Shown: in pieces, positions 49,722 through 61,415 of the stretch
Layout: every line of letters starts with the position of its first letter
Numbering within the stretch: position 1 is the first letter of the stretch
DNA from: Octopus sinensis
Taxonomy: Eukaryota
Reading direction: 5' to 3'
NCBI RefSeq assembly: GCF_006345805.1
Contig: NC_043000.1
Span: 16,244,001 to 16,308,000, forward strand
Length of the DNA stretch: 64,000 nt
The notes under the pieces: model-generated
Databases searched by the model: none
The model's input: only the letters and a program-made list of their open reading frames with translations
What the model was told of the DNA's origin: nothing
Translations under genes and position numbers: made by a program

Positions 49722-50430
49722 TCTTAATCGTTTCAGTCATTTGACTGTGGCTATGCTGGAGCACCGCCTTTAGTCGAGCAAATCGACCCCAGGACTTATT
49801 CTTTGTAAGCCTAGTACTTATTCTATCGGTCTCTTTTGCAAAACCGCAAAGTTACGGGGATGTAAACACACCAGCATCAGTTGTCAAGCGATGTTGTGGG
49901 GACAGACACAGACACATATATATGACAGGCTTCTTTCATTTCCGTCTACCAAATCCACTCACAAGTCTTTGGTCGACCCAAGGCTATAGCAGAAGACACT
50001 TGCCCAAGGTGCCACGCTGTGGGACTGAACCCAGAACCCAGAACCATGTGATTGGTAAGCAAGCTACTTACCATACAGCCACGCTTGCCCCAAGGTCTAT
50101 TCAAACATGTTGGAGACAGGTTGCTCTTTTTGCCCTTGCTCCCCTAATATAATTATATACATACTCTTTTATTTGTTTCAGTCATTTTATTGCGGCCATG
50201 CTGGAGCACCGCCTTTTAGTCGAGCAAATCAACCCCGGGGCTTATTCTTTGTAAGCCCAGTACTTATTCTATCGGTCTTTTTTGCGGAACCGCTAAGTGA
50301 CGGGGACGTAAACACACCAGCATCGGTTGTCAAGCAATGCTAGGGGGACAAACACAAACATGCAGTGGGACTGAACCTGGAACCATGTGGTTGGTTAGCA
50401 AGCTACTTACCACACAGCCACTCCTGCGCC
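49722..50430 (-). mobile_element. Two adjacent SINE family 1 copies (second with an internal deletion)
   Basis: About 49722-50090 and 50163-50430; the second jumps from aacacaaaca to tgcagtgggactgaacc. Confidence 0.85.
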
Positions 50431-50617
50431 TATTTATCATCATTACTGGAATAATCATGAAATTTAATTTCACAGTTAAAGGGTTTAACTCTTTTGTTAC
50501 CATATTTTTATTGAAATATACTATCGTTATTCCAATTAATTTTGTAACAAAACTCATTATTTTGCTGGCGTTTGGAACCTAAACTTTGATGCCAGGTTTT
50601 AATTGAGATCACTTAAA

Positions 50618-50829
50618 CCCTTTCAATACCAACCCAGCTGAAACTGCTTCTGGTTCTGTAGTACAAATGTCTTGTTTTCTTAAGTTTTGAATTAAAATTT
50701 TCCACCAAACCTTAGTCACAATTTATGTTCCTAACACAAGCTTAATGATAAGTTATTTTACTAAATTTTGTTATATCTAAAATTAAGTGAAAGAAACAGC
50801 ATCTCAAAATAAATATGGTAACAAATGGG
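50618..50829. mobile_element. piggyBac-like MITE (subfamily B)
   Basis: ccctttcaatacc ... ggtaacaaatggg|TTAA; a partial opposite-orientation copy lies just upstream (about 50487-50600). Confidence 0.7.
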
Positions 50830-50914
50830 TTAAAACCAGAATTTTTTTTACCATAAACATGTGCATTCTAGGGCAGGCTGGTACCAAAATGGTATTTCAT
50901 TATTTGGAAATCCC

Positions 50915-51125
50915 AAGGCAGCAAGCTGGCAGAAATGTTAGCAGTTAGCGCGCTGGGCGAAATGCTTAATGGTATTCGCCTGTCTTTACGTTCTGAGTTC
51001 AAATTCCACTGAGGTAGACTTTGCCCTTTCAGGGTTGATAAGTACCAGTTGCATATTGGAGTCAATCTAATCGACTGGACCCCTCCCCAAAAATTTCGGA
51101 CCTTGTGCTTAGAGTAGAAAAGATT
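50915..51125 (+). mobile_element. SINE family 2 variant
   Basis: ggcagcaagctggcagaaatgttag ... ccttgtgcttagagtagaaaagattatt. Confidence 0.75.
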
Positions 51126-51839
51126 ATTTGCAAATCAAGTGACCGTTTAGACACTCTTAAAACAAGGCAGTGGTTTCAGTACTATGATAGCCGATTTCAA
51201 ACTTAGTACTAACTACATGATACAGTGCTACCAAGTTCCTACAGATTACAGATAGTTGGAACAATGGAAGATAAAAGAAAAACATGTTATATAATATATT
51301 CACATTTAAATAAAACTATCAAGCATAATTTTATGCAAGAACCTCTTGTTAGGTTATGTTTCAACACTAAATTAATATTGAAATAAATGTAAAAATATTT
51401 AATTAAATTCTTCTGAATTTTTGATTATTTTCAAAATAAGCAGTGCATTTGGTTAGAAATATGGTTATGAAATAGTTAAATTAAAACCAATAAAATAAGA
51501 ATTTTATGCAAAAAAAAAAAAAATTGTGGCTCAAAGGAGGTATTCCATCATAAAATGAATAGCTCAGCAATTCATTATGGAATGCATTAAAATATTGGTT
51601 GTTCTGTAAAAGACAAATATAAAAAGTGTGTGTGTGTGTTTAAAAGGAAGAAGAACTGAAGTTTGAAAAAAAGTTTAAGTTAAATTGTTAAACAAATTAA
51701 AAAGACAAAAAAGTTTAATATTGTTCAGTTCTTGAGACACACGGACAGAAAAATGACTAATTAAATGAGAAATTGTTAGCAATAAATAAACAAAACAGTT
51801 ATCCAGAAACTGCAAATGGGGAGTTAATGAGATTAAAAT

Positions 51840-52560
51840 GAGAAAAGTCTATTATCTTGATATTATAGCTGACATATTTTAAAACTAAAACTGGAATTGA
51901 AGATGAGAAAATTTATGAGAGAAGATATGAAAGAGAGAAGAGAGAATGAAGAGTGAAGCAGCATTCAGTCTCGGTCGTCATGACGACATGAAAACTGAAT
52001 GTCAAGTGCCAATCACAATAGCATCGATAATAAAGAGCAGCATATAATTTCAAGACAAGTGAAGATTATCAATACCACTTGCATCCTTCACATATTTCAA
52101 GCTAGCTGTGTCAGCTGAAGAGGGGAAGACCACTGAAGCAGCAAGAATCAAAAGTGAAAAAGCACACTTGGTATTTATTAGGAGGCTATAAAACAGCTGT
52201 AGTGGTGACAGCAAGGATATTTTTAATAACTACAGAAGATTGAGTGGTGTTGTCGCATGTATTTGTTGCATATTTTATTTAAAAAAAAAAAAAAAAAGGA
52301 AAAAATTAGGGGAGCAGTATCAAATTTCATACACAACCGAGTTAATTCTTCCAATATGAGATCATGTTAGTTGGTGTGAAACAGCTGCTATAACAGTTGC
52401 ATAAGCACCACAAGATAATTAGGATTTAACAAAAACAACCCAGGTGAGTGGTGTCATTACACGTGCTGATGCACAGAAATCACAACAGCTATTTCGAATA
52501 GGATGACTAAATCAAAGGGAAAAAATATTTCAATAAGATTTTAAAGTAGAGACAGCAGCA
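51840..52560 (-). mobile_element. Degraded LINE fragment
   Basis: Composition and remnant motifs similar to the other LINE remnants; no intact ORF. Confidence 0.35.
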
Positions 52561-52578
52561 ATTAAACCAAAGATCATA

Positions 52579-52968
52579 CTAACAAGTGCATATATATATG
52601 GCTGTGTGGTAAGTAGCTTGTTTACCAACCACATGGTTCCGGGTTCAGTCCCACTGCGTGGCACCTTGGGCAAGTGTCTTCTACTATAGCCTCGGGCCGA
52701 CCAAAGCCTTGTGAGTGGATTTGGTAGACGGAAACTGAAAGAAGCCCGTCGTATATATGTATATATATATGTGTGTGTGTCTGTCCCCCTAGCATTGCTT
52801 GACAGCCAATGCTGGTGTGTTTATGTCCCCGTTACTTAGCGGTTCGGCAAAAGAGACCGATAGAATAAGTACTGGGCTTACAAAAGAACAAGTCCGGGGT
52901 CGAGTTGCTCGATTAAAGGCGGTGCTCCAGCATGGCCGCAGTCAAATGACTGAAACAAGTAAAAGAGT
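52579..52968 (+). mobile_element. SINE family 1
   Basis: ggctgtgtggtaag head to gaaacaagtaaaagag tail. Confidence 0.9.
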
Positions 52969-53520
52969 AATATATATATATAGATATATATATATATAAC
53001 AAAGTGCAAATATAATAAAATAATCAACCTGCTAGAAATAGCAGCCATATCACCAAATCTTGCATCCCCTGAGATAAAACAAAAGCTGGGATCAGACTAG
53101 GAGAAATTTGCAAAGAGGAAAGGGGATGAAAACTTTGTAGTCTCACACAAACCCGTTATTTTAGCAGACAAAAAAGATATTCAACTCTTCCAAAAACTGC
53201 TCAGCATGTGTGTGAGGTCCTATGTATGATTACCAGATTGCTTTTCCAAAAACAGATCACAAGGGACATATTTAAGATGTTCTGCATTAACTAAATAGAA
53301 CTTGTACAGGGGTTATCAGTACAAACATGCCACACTTGAGATAGAAAGAATATTCCAAAGATTCCCAAACTAGAAAGATTTTGACTTAGAATTATTTTTA
53401 TTAGGATGTTTTCTAGAGCAACATCTAGCTAGAGAAGGCAGCCACCAAACCTTTATTTATAAGCTGAATTATATATATATGCTAGCATGGAAGGCAGACA
53501 TTAAACGATGATTATATATA

Positions 53521-53827
53521 TGAGCGTCAATAATACTTTAATTGTTCCACGTCCTGCGTTGCTGTGTTTTTTTCTCCTTTTTTTCTGTGTTTTCTTGTTT
53601 GGATTAACTTTATATATATATATAGTTACTCCAAACATAAAGAGAAAACACAACAACGTGAGGACGTGAAACAAGTATAGTGTTATTGGATGCTCAGGAA
53701 AGGAAAGAAAGGAAGATATGTTTCAAGCAGAGCTCTTCGTTAGAAACTTAGAAAAAGGAAAGGTCCAAGGAAGGGAAGACGGAGAACGAAAATCGCCAAC
53801 GATACACACGCGATCACATTGAACTTT
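53521..53827. mobile_element. Two inverted Penelope-like terminal fragments around a TA run; decayed hammerhead-like motif at 53716-53747 (-)
   Basis: + fragment gagcgtcaataatac...gtttggattaac and - fragment ...gagcatccaataacac...gtttggagtaac are homologous; - strand ctaacga-a-gagc-tct-gctt-gaaacat. Confidence 0.55.
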
Positions 53828-53832
53828 ATATA

Positions 53833-54003
53833 TACTCTCTTTACTCTTTTACTTGTTTCAGTCATTTGACTGCGGCCATGCTGGAGCACCGCCTTTAGTC
53901 GAGCAAATCGACCCCGGGACTTATTCTTTGTAAGCCCAGTACTTATTCTGTTGGTCTATTTTGCCGAACTGCTAAGTGACGGGGACGTAAACACACCAGC
54001 ACT
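53833..54003 (-). mobile_element. SINE family 1 tail module
   Basis: ctcttttactcttttacttgtttcagtc ... acacaccagc. Confidence 0.85.
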
Positions 54004-54344
54004 CATCATCATCATCATCATGGTTTAACACCCACTTTTCCATGCTTGCATGGGACAGACAGAATTTGTCAAGGCAGAATTCCTACAGCCAGATCTTGTC
54101 ACCATCCCTCAACTGTTGTCAAGCAAGGCAATGTTTCCCCATTACCAGACATATTTCCATAGAAGACTAGAAACAAAGCATCATTTGTATTACGTGATGT
54201 CTAGACAAGAGTACACACAAATATACATACATACATATATGATGGACCCTCCTGTCAAAGATGATGTATAAGTGTTGAGCTTATGCTAAACGACCTGCAC
54301 AAAGTATTTGTTAATAGTAACTAAACCTATGTGTTTCTTATTTC

Positions 54345-54557
54345 TTTATTGCCTACAAGGAGCTAAACATAGATGGGACAAACAAAAGGATTAAGACGAT
54401 TACATCGACCCCAGTACGTAACTGGTACTTAATTTATCGACCCCGAAAAGATGAAAAGCAAAGTTGACCTTGGTGAAATTTGAACTCAGAACATAGTGGC
54501 AGGCAAATTACCGCTAAGCATTTCGCCCGGCGTGCTAACGTTTCTGCCAGCTCGCCT
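54345..54557 (-). mobile_element. SINE family 2
   Basis: tatttctttattgcctacaagg ... gccagctcgcc; flanks share taaacctatgtg. Confidence 0.8.
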
Positions 54558-55689
54558 AATGTACAACACATAAACCTATGTGATGTACATTAGCCCACTC
54601 CCTCCATTAAATTGATGTTGCCTGAGCAGGTGCACAGTTTACCATGCATCAGGTGTCAAAGAGATCACAGGGCAACAAGAGATAAAGTCTTTGGTCAGCC
54701 CGAGGCTATAGTAGAAGACAGTTGCCCAAGGTGCCACGCAGTGGGACTGAACCTGGAACCATGTGGTTGATAAGCAAGCTACTTACCACACAGCCACTCC
54801 TACACATATATATATGAAACCTGACCTGTATTACTATGCAACTTTTGTCTTCCCAACACTTTGCCTCATTCCCCCACCTACTCTCCTAGCCATCCTCAAT
54901 TATCATTCTATCCTCCTTGTATCTTGAGGGTATGCCGATACTTCATGTCCACCATCCTTTTCCCCATTTCCTGCTGAGGTACCCATGTATCTACAGCAAG
55001 ACACCTGTTCCTGTCGCTCTTTCCTACTTCAACTCTCAACACTTGGCACAATGCCACCTCTCTCAATATATAACACCCAAACTCTGAGGTTTTTGTCTTG
55101 CGCGTTATTACAGCACCCAGCATACTCTGCAAAGTGGTTGGCATCAAGAAGGGCAACCAGCCATAGAAGTCTTGCCAAAGTAGACAATAAAAGCCAATAC
55201 AGCACTAAGGTTATTCAGACCCTGTTGAACTATCCAACTAATACCAGCATGTAATACAGATGGTAAACAACAATGACTATTCTAAAACACAATATTTTTT
55301 CTTGAAAACAAATGTAATTGATGATCTAAAAGAAACCGGTGTTCCAGTTTTCAATTTTACAAGAATTTGGTAATTCTACAAAGTCATGCACACACACATT
55401 GAGCAAATAAGCAAATTTCTCTTTTATATAGATGTATAATGTGAATTATTGAGCGCAAGAAGAGTGTACTGTTCGTAGAAAACACACAGAACATAATAGC
55501 TAAGTAAACGTGAGGGTGATGTAAATGAAACAGACTACAAAATGCTACATGCGATTGTGATGCATAGAAACTTGCCTGTTTAAGCCCCAGGTCCATCTGA
55601 TTAAGGAGAGCTATCAAAGCCATTGCAACCATGACCACCCCGAAGATTTAGCGGAGGAATGGATATACACAACTACATTATCTAATATG

Positions 55690-55972
55690 ACCTGCGCCGG
55701 TGACACGTAAAAAGTACCGTCCGAACGTGACAGATGCCAGCGCCGCCTGACTGGCATCCGTGTCTGTGACATGTAAAAGCACCAACCGATCGCGGCCGTT
55801 TGCCAGCCTCCTCTGGCCCCTGTGCTGGTGGCACGTAAAAAACACTCACTACACTCACGGAGTGGTTGGCGTTAGGAAGGACATCCAGCTGTAGAAACAC
55901 TCCATGGCTTACCAGACCCCAGTTGAACCATCCAACCCATGCTAGCATGGAAAATGGACGTTAAATGATAAT
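55690..55972 (+). mobile_element. RTE-like 3'-end element with tandem units
   Basis: Several (g/a)cac(g/a)tgtaaaaagcacc-type units; catggaaaatggacgttaaatgataatga tail. Confidence 0.75.
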
Positions 55973-56870
55973 GACCTTCCCATTATTCCCTAAGAGTAGG
56001 GTGTGATTTGAAAGACAATTGGCCACTATTTCTAACATATTAAGCAACCAGTAAAAGCCCCCACGTTAGCATAGTTGTATTTGCTCATGCAAGGATAAGA
56101 AAGTAGTCATCACAAAAACTCTAGAGGTAAATATGTTGCTAGATATTTAATCTCTAGTGTAATTGTAACCAAAGATCTGAAAGAAGTGATCTTGAACTTC
56201 GCAACTCTCGACGAACTTTCGTTTTAACTCGAAATCAGTCATTTCCGCGGCTTGTTCTTGTTTGTGTGCACAACAAATAAATAAACAGAACAGACACACA
56301 CATACACAGAAGAACAAGCATGCACAACCCATTAGCTTTCTCTTCCCAACTGACAAGACAACATCTGGTCACAGAAACCACCGAATTCCTTGTTTACATT
56401 ATTTCAAGTTAAAACAAAAGCTCGCCCAACTCTCATTCCCCCACCCACTGCAAACCTTTCCACTCTCCTTCGTGCTTGCCTGCATACACAACTGGCAGAA
56501 AACCATTTCCCTCAGGTCTACTCCCTCTCTCAGACAAGAGGTCTTCCTCTCACAAGTTAGTTAGCAACCCCACCGGTGTTGGTGCCACATAAAATGCACC
56601 CAGTACACTCTGTAAAGTGGTTGGTGTTAGGAAAGACATCCAGCAGTAGAAACCATGCCAAAGCAGATAATGGAGCCGTCCAGCTTCTATCAAACCATCC
56701 AACCCATACCAGCATGGAAAACAGACATTAAATGATGATGGATCTAATCAAGAAATAGTAACACCAGTTCATGATAATCGTGACTTTCTCTTTCCACCAA
56801 ACAGATTGAATCATTTGAGGTGTCTTTGCTGCAAACAACAACATCACCCATTTTTCAGCAACTCCTTTAA

Positions 56871-57091
56871 CCCTTTCATTACCAACCCAGCTGAAACCAG
56901 CTCTGGCTCCCAGTATAAATGTTTCGTTTCCATTAGTTTTGAATTAAAATCTTCCACCAAATCTTAGTCACAATATATGTTCATAACATGAGCTGAATGA
57001 TAACTAAGTTATTTTACTAAATTCTTTGTTATATTTAAAATTAATCAAAAGAAACACAGAGCATCTCAAAATAAATACAGTAATGAAAGGG
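56871..57091. mobile_element. piggyBac-like MITE (subfamily B)
   Basis: TTAA|ccctttcattacc ... gtaatgaaaggg|ATAA. Confidence 0.75.
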
Positions 57092-58384
57092 ATAATCTGA
57101 GAAAAACTAAGAAAGTGAGCTTGAAATTGGCCATAGTCACTAGTTGCATTCATTGTGCAACCACAAGTAGTGTTGTGTGTCAAAGCATTATTTACAAAAT
57201 CACAATGATGAGACCAAAGCTATCTTTTTCTTGCAATAAAGCTCTAATTACTTCGTATAGTTTCCTTTAACATTCCCCCTCATTGTTTAGCCCCCAGAGA
57301 GCCCTGAACTATGACTTGTTTTTCTATTTTACATTCGAAATTGAACCAAATTTGTCGACTGGCAACCCATGCCAACCCCACTTCACTGGACACTAAACTA
57401 TGCTTGCAAAGACCTGTTGGGGCAAGTGAAATCAAAATTGAACCAAATTCGATGACTGGCACCCGTGCCAGTGAAGCGATAACAGCTCCATCCAAGTGGG
57501 ATCACTGGTGCAGCCATCTGGTTCGCCAGTCCTCAGTCAAATCGTCCAACCCATGCTAGCATGGAAAGTGGACATTAAACGATGATGATGAGGCATAGTG
57601 CATATATCATACTTTTGAAGGTCCTTTTTTTTGACAACACAGTATAATGTGATTTGAAGGAGCTTTCATCATCATTTTAAAATTTTAACATCCATATACA
57701 TGTGTCAGACAGAGTATGAGGCAGATTTTCTACATGTGGATGCCCTTCTGTAACCAACTCTTACCGTTTCCAAGCAAGATTATTTCCTCGTAGCCAGACA
57801 TGTTTTCACAGAATACTCAGAAATGAATGACATTCGCTTACAGCAATCATGTGAAGCCGAGACAGGAACACATACACACAACAGGTTTGTTTCAGTCTCT
57901 GACTACCACATCCACCCACAAGGCTTTCATTGACCCAGGACCACAGTAAAAGACACCCATCCAAAGCACCCCACAATGGGACTGCACCTGAAACCCTGCA
58001 ATTGGCAAGCAAATTTCTCAACCACACAGCCAAGTAATGCCTTGTAAGGGAATTTGATAGACCCAAAATGCAAGATGATCTGTGTGTCTACTCATGCACA
58101 TGCATTTGTCATTCACTACTTGACAACCAGTGTTAGTTTATTTATGGCACCATAACTTTGCAGTACCCACAAAAGCTACTGCCAACTGGCATGTTATCCT
58201 CAAACCAGAGCCTTAGACTGAATGGACTCAACTCTCGTTACCCAAGGACCATACAGTTGTTCAAATGTCAGATCAGGCCCATCCAATTTCACTCACCCAA
58301 GGTTATGTGAGAGCAAACCCTGAGCAACATGATTGCAATACCAGTCATGTCAAAATCAAATAAATATTTTTTAAAGTTTGTGAA

Positions 58385-58826
58385 GACCTGTTGAGGCAAG
58401 TGAGGATCAGAATCGAAATCGATCAATGGAAATTGCAGATGTGTTACCAGTGCCGGTGGCATGTAAGAGAACCATCCATTCGTGACCGTTGCCAGCGCCG
58501 TCCCGACTGGCCTTGTGCCAGTGGCACGTAAAAAGCACCATCCGTTCGTGTCCATTGCCAGCCTCGCCTGGCCCCCGTGCCGGTGGCACATAAAAAGCAC
58601 CATCCGTTCGTGGCCGTTTGCCAGCTCTGTCTGGCACCTGTGCGGGTGGCACGTAAAAAGCACCCACTACACTCGCAGAGTGGTTGGCGTTAGGAAGGGC
58701 ATCCAGCCGTAGAAACACTGCCAGATCTGACTAGGCCTGATGAAGCCTTCCGGCTTCACAGACCCCAGTTGAACCGTCCAACCCATGCTAGCATGGAAAA
58801 CGGACGTTAAACGATGATGATGATGA
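58385..58826 (+). mobile_element. RTE-like 3'-end element with four tandem units
   Basis: Highly similar to 23307-23720; extends about 25 bp further 5' (gaagacctgttgaggcaagtg, also seen near 57410). Confidence 0.8.
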
Positions 58827-59039
58827 AATAGGAATGTGTCCATAAACCTTTATCACTCTTGAGAATCACTTGCAAGTGATAAGCTTTTCAGTGAGAGGGT
58901 ACATAAGAATAAAGTGTACTGATACAGCTTTGCAATCATTCTTTAAAAATAAAATATTTATGAAATAGAGAATAAGAAGTAGTCCCTCTCAGATGGTGAG
59001 ATAGATGTAATTCATCATCAACATGAGCATATATAGTTC

Positions 59040-59800
59040 GGTGTGTAAAAAAAACCTGTTCATGGAGAGATTACATAGTTTCAAGTTCTGTAAGTGAAAG
59101 GTTGAGCAAAGAGGATAGCTGGTAGAAGTGGGTATGGATGGAAGTCAGTGTGTTGGTGCATATAGTCAGTTCAGAGCAGAAGCAACTTTAGCAGTGATAG
59201 AAGAGGCTGAGAGGAAAACCCACTCATCTAAAGTGTGAATGAGTTAACCCTTGCTAATAAGCTGAGTGGTAATTTGGATTTGGCCTAGAACAATCATGGA
59301 CAACATGTGGCCCATAGAATTTACTGAGTGACAGAGTGGCACACTAGATGATGAACCATGTCACATGCAGCCCACTTCTTGGAAAAGGTTGCACAGGCTT
59401 GGTCTAGAATATTAAGTGTAGCAGTAACACTGATCCCTAGGTGTAAGCAGTATAACAACGATTACACTTATAAAATTGATAGTGTTGAATTAAAATTAAA
59501 GCATTTTCTGGTTGCTATACAGCTTGACACCACCAGATCATATAAGGCCCAGTATTTGTATTGATATTGAGGGTTGTGTTATTATTTAGGGCTAATAAGG
59601 ACACTGTCAAGATTTCTGCTTATGAATCCAATAAATATTAAGAATGAGCTGTTTAGGTTGGTGTAGAATGATGCCACAGTGCAACAGATGTATAAAATTG
59701 CATGTCATTAGAAGTGACAGCAAAATAGGTTATTAATGTGCAGTGAAGTTTAGAATACTAACCAGATAGTCAAACACAAAGTGTATTAGTAGAGGAGAAG
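59040..59800 (-). mobile_element. Degraded LINE RT C-terminal region
   Basis: Minus fragments such as IQILGL and YSRPSL resemble the post-RT LGL and RP-LEY motifs; many stops. Confidence 0.4.
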
Positions 59801-60926
59801 TCCATCTTAAATATTTAAACCACACTTGAGCAAGACATCTTTTCATCCCAACAATAATATTAACTATTTTCAGTATTTGGTCTTCTAAATTTTGTGGATG
59901 GCTCTTATCAACTGTATCAACAAATTTTCCACATCAACCTCCATCCTTCTGAACTGATTGCATGCATCCACAGGATAAATGTACTGTTCTTAGACACATG
60001 AAACAAGAATTAAAATGATTAATGAACTAGAACCAACTACTTATTACTTAAATGGAAAATCAAAACAATCTGGTCTGATGACTAATCTTTTTCAAACTGA
60101 CATGGACATAACTGAATGGTTAGGAAGGGAACATCCCTGCCACTAGTTTTTTTGTCAAGATCTAATGTGTGGTACTTTGGGCAAGTGTCTTCTATAGTCC
60201 TGCACAGACCAAACTTATGAGTGGATTTGGTAGCCAGCAACTGAAAGAAGCCCATTGTCTATGTATGTGTGTGTCACCTTATATTGATATCAGGTGATAG
60301 TTGCAAACAAGCTGTGTCCATTTCTAATCTTTTGTGAAATATGTCCAGCCATGAGAATATATTACCTTGCTTGGAGACAGGTGAAGGTTAATGACAGCAA
60401 GGACTCAATGAATTTTGCCCAAAAGTGGATGTTAAATGATGATTGCTATTGCATCAGTTGTATAATTAAACCCCACCCCACAAAATAAATAAATAAAAGT
60501 TCAAAAGTATATTCTGGAATTTGGCTCAACAATGACATCTAGAATAAAGTACCTTCTTGTAACTGGAAGAAGATTCTAAATTTAGGATTTTAAGAAAAAA
60601 AATTGCTGGGTGGTATATGGTACAAGAATCTCATCTCCTCTCTCTTTTCCAACTGGAGTAGTCATGTACATCCTCTACAGCAAGATAGTTATTTCTGTCG
60701 CTCTATCATACTCTAATGTCATATCATGTAATTTCTTTATTTCTCTAATGTCATATCATGTGGTGCAAAGCCACCTGCACCTCAGTTGAGGGGTCTTGCC
60801 ATGCAAGTTACCTAGTAACCTCACTGTTGCTGGTTTCACATAAAAAGCACCCAGTTCACTCTGTAAAGTGGCTGGCCTTACAAAGGACATCCCGTGTTTT
60901 GTACAGTCCATTGACTTGTCAGTTTG

Positions 60927-61199
60927 GCATTCTTTCGATATAACTCGACAAAATCAAAACACTTCACTTCAGGTATTTCCGTGGAAGCAAATGACAGTTT
61001 GATTCTGTTTTCTGCGTGGAAATTTGCAGATTTTACATACACACATGAAACAGGTAAGAACAAATAAGCAAGGCTTTTTTTTCTTCAAGTTCAAAAATGA
61101 GACCTTGCTGACATAATTTCGTTATATCTATACTCCACAACCCATGGAAATACCAGAAGTGAAATGTTTTGATTTTGTCAAGTTATATCGAAGGAATGC
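60927..61199. mobile_element. 273-bp MITE-like fold-back with ~58-bp TIRs (possibly Mutator-type)
   Basis: gcattctttcgatataactcgacaaaatcaaaacacttcacttcaggtatttccgtgg versus reverse complement of 61142-61199; flanks tgtcagtttg and tgtcagcttt resemble a degenerate 9-10 bp TSD. Confidence 0.65.
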
Positions 61200-61311
61200 T
61201 GTCAGCTTTTGTCAAATTGTCCAACTCATGCCAGCATGGAAAATGACCATTAAACAGTGATGGTGACAAGCAAAATTAAAGGAAATAATGTTAAAATGAA
61301 GATCAACCAAC

Positions 61312-61415
61312 CTGCTGTGTCGCCACTCATAACGGATAGTCTTTAGTTGAACATTTCTCATGTTTTCAACAGAAAAAATAAAAATTCTCGCATATTTATC
61401 CACAGAATCCTGAAT
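61312..61415 (-). CDS. MRTO4: MRTO4 coding exon, 104 nt
   Basis: IQDSVDKYARIFIFSVENMRNVQLKTIRYEWRHS(R) matches the Mrt4 FIFSVxNMRN motif; ttggttccag| acceptor, AG|gttggt donor. Confidence 0.95.

Larger units (their letters stand above)
24098..61311 (-). other. MRTO4: MRTO4 intron, 37214 bp, phase 2
   Basis: GT at 61311-61310, AG at 24099-24098; the join restores [10 protein letters not shown]. Confidence 0.85.

Noticed and set aside
58985-59022. C/D-box snoRNA candidates on the host strand (also about 63930-63952)
   Set aside because: TGATGA and CTGA are too close together (30 nt or less) and there is no terminal stem.
60711-60761. 19-bp direct repeat ctctaatgtcatatcatgt
   Set aside because: Short local duplication at an old element edge; ordinary.
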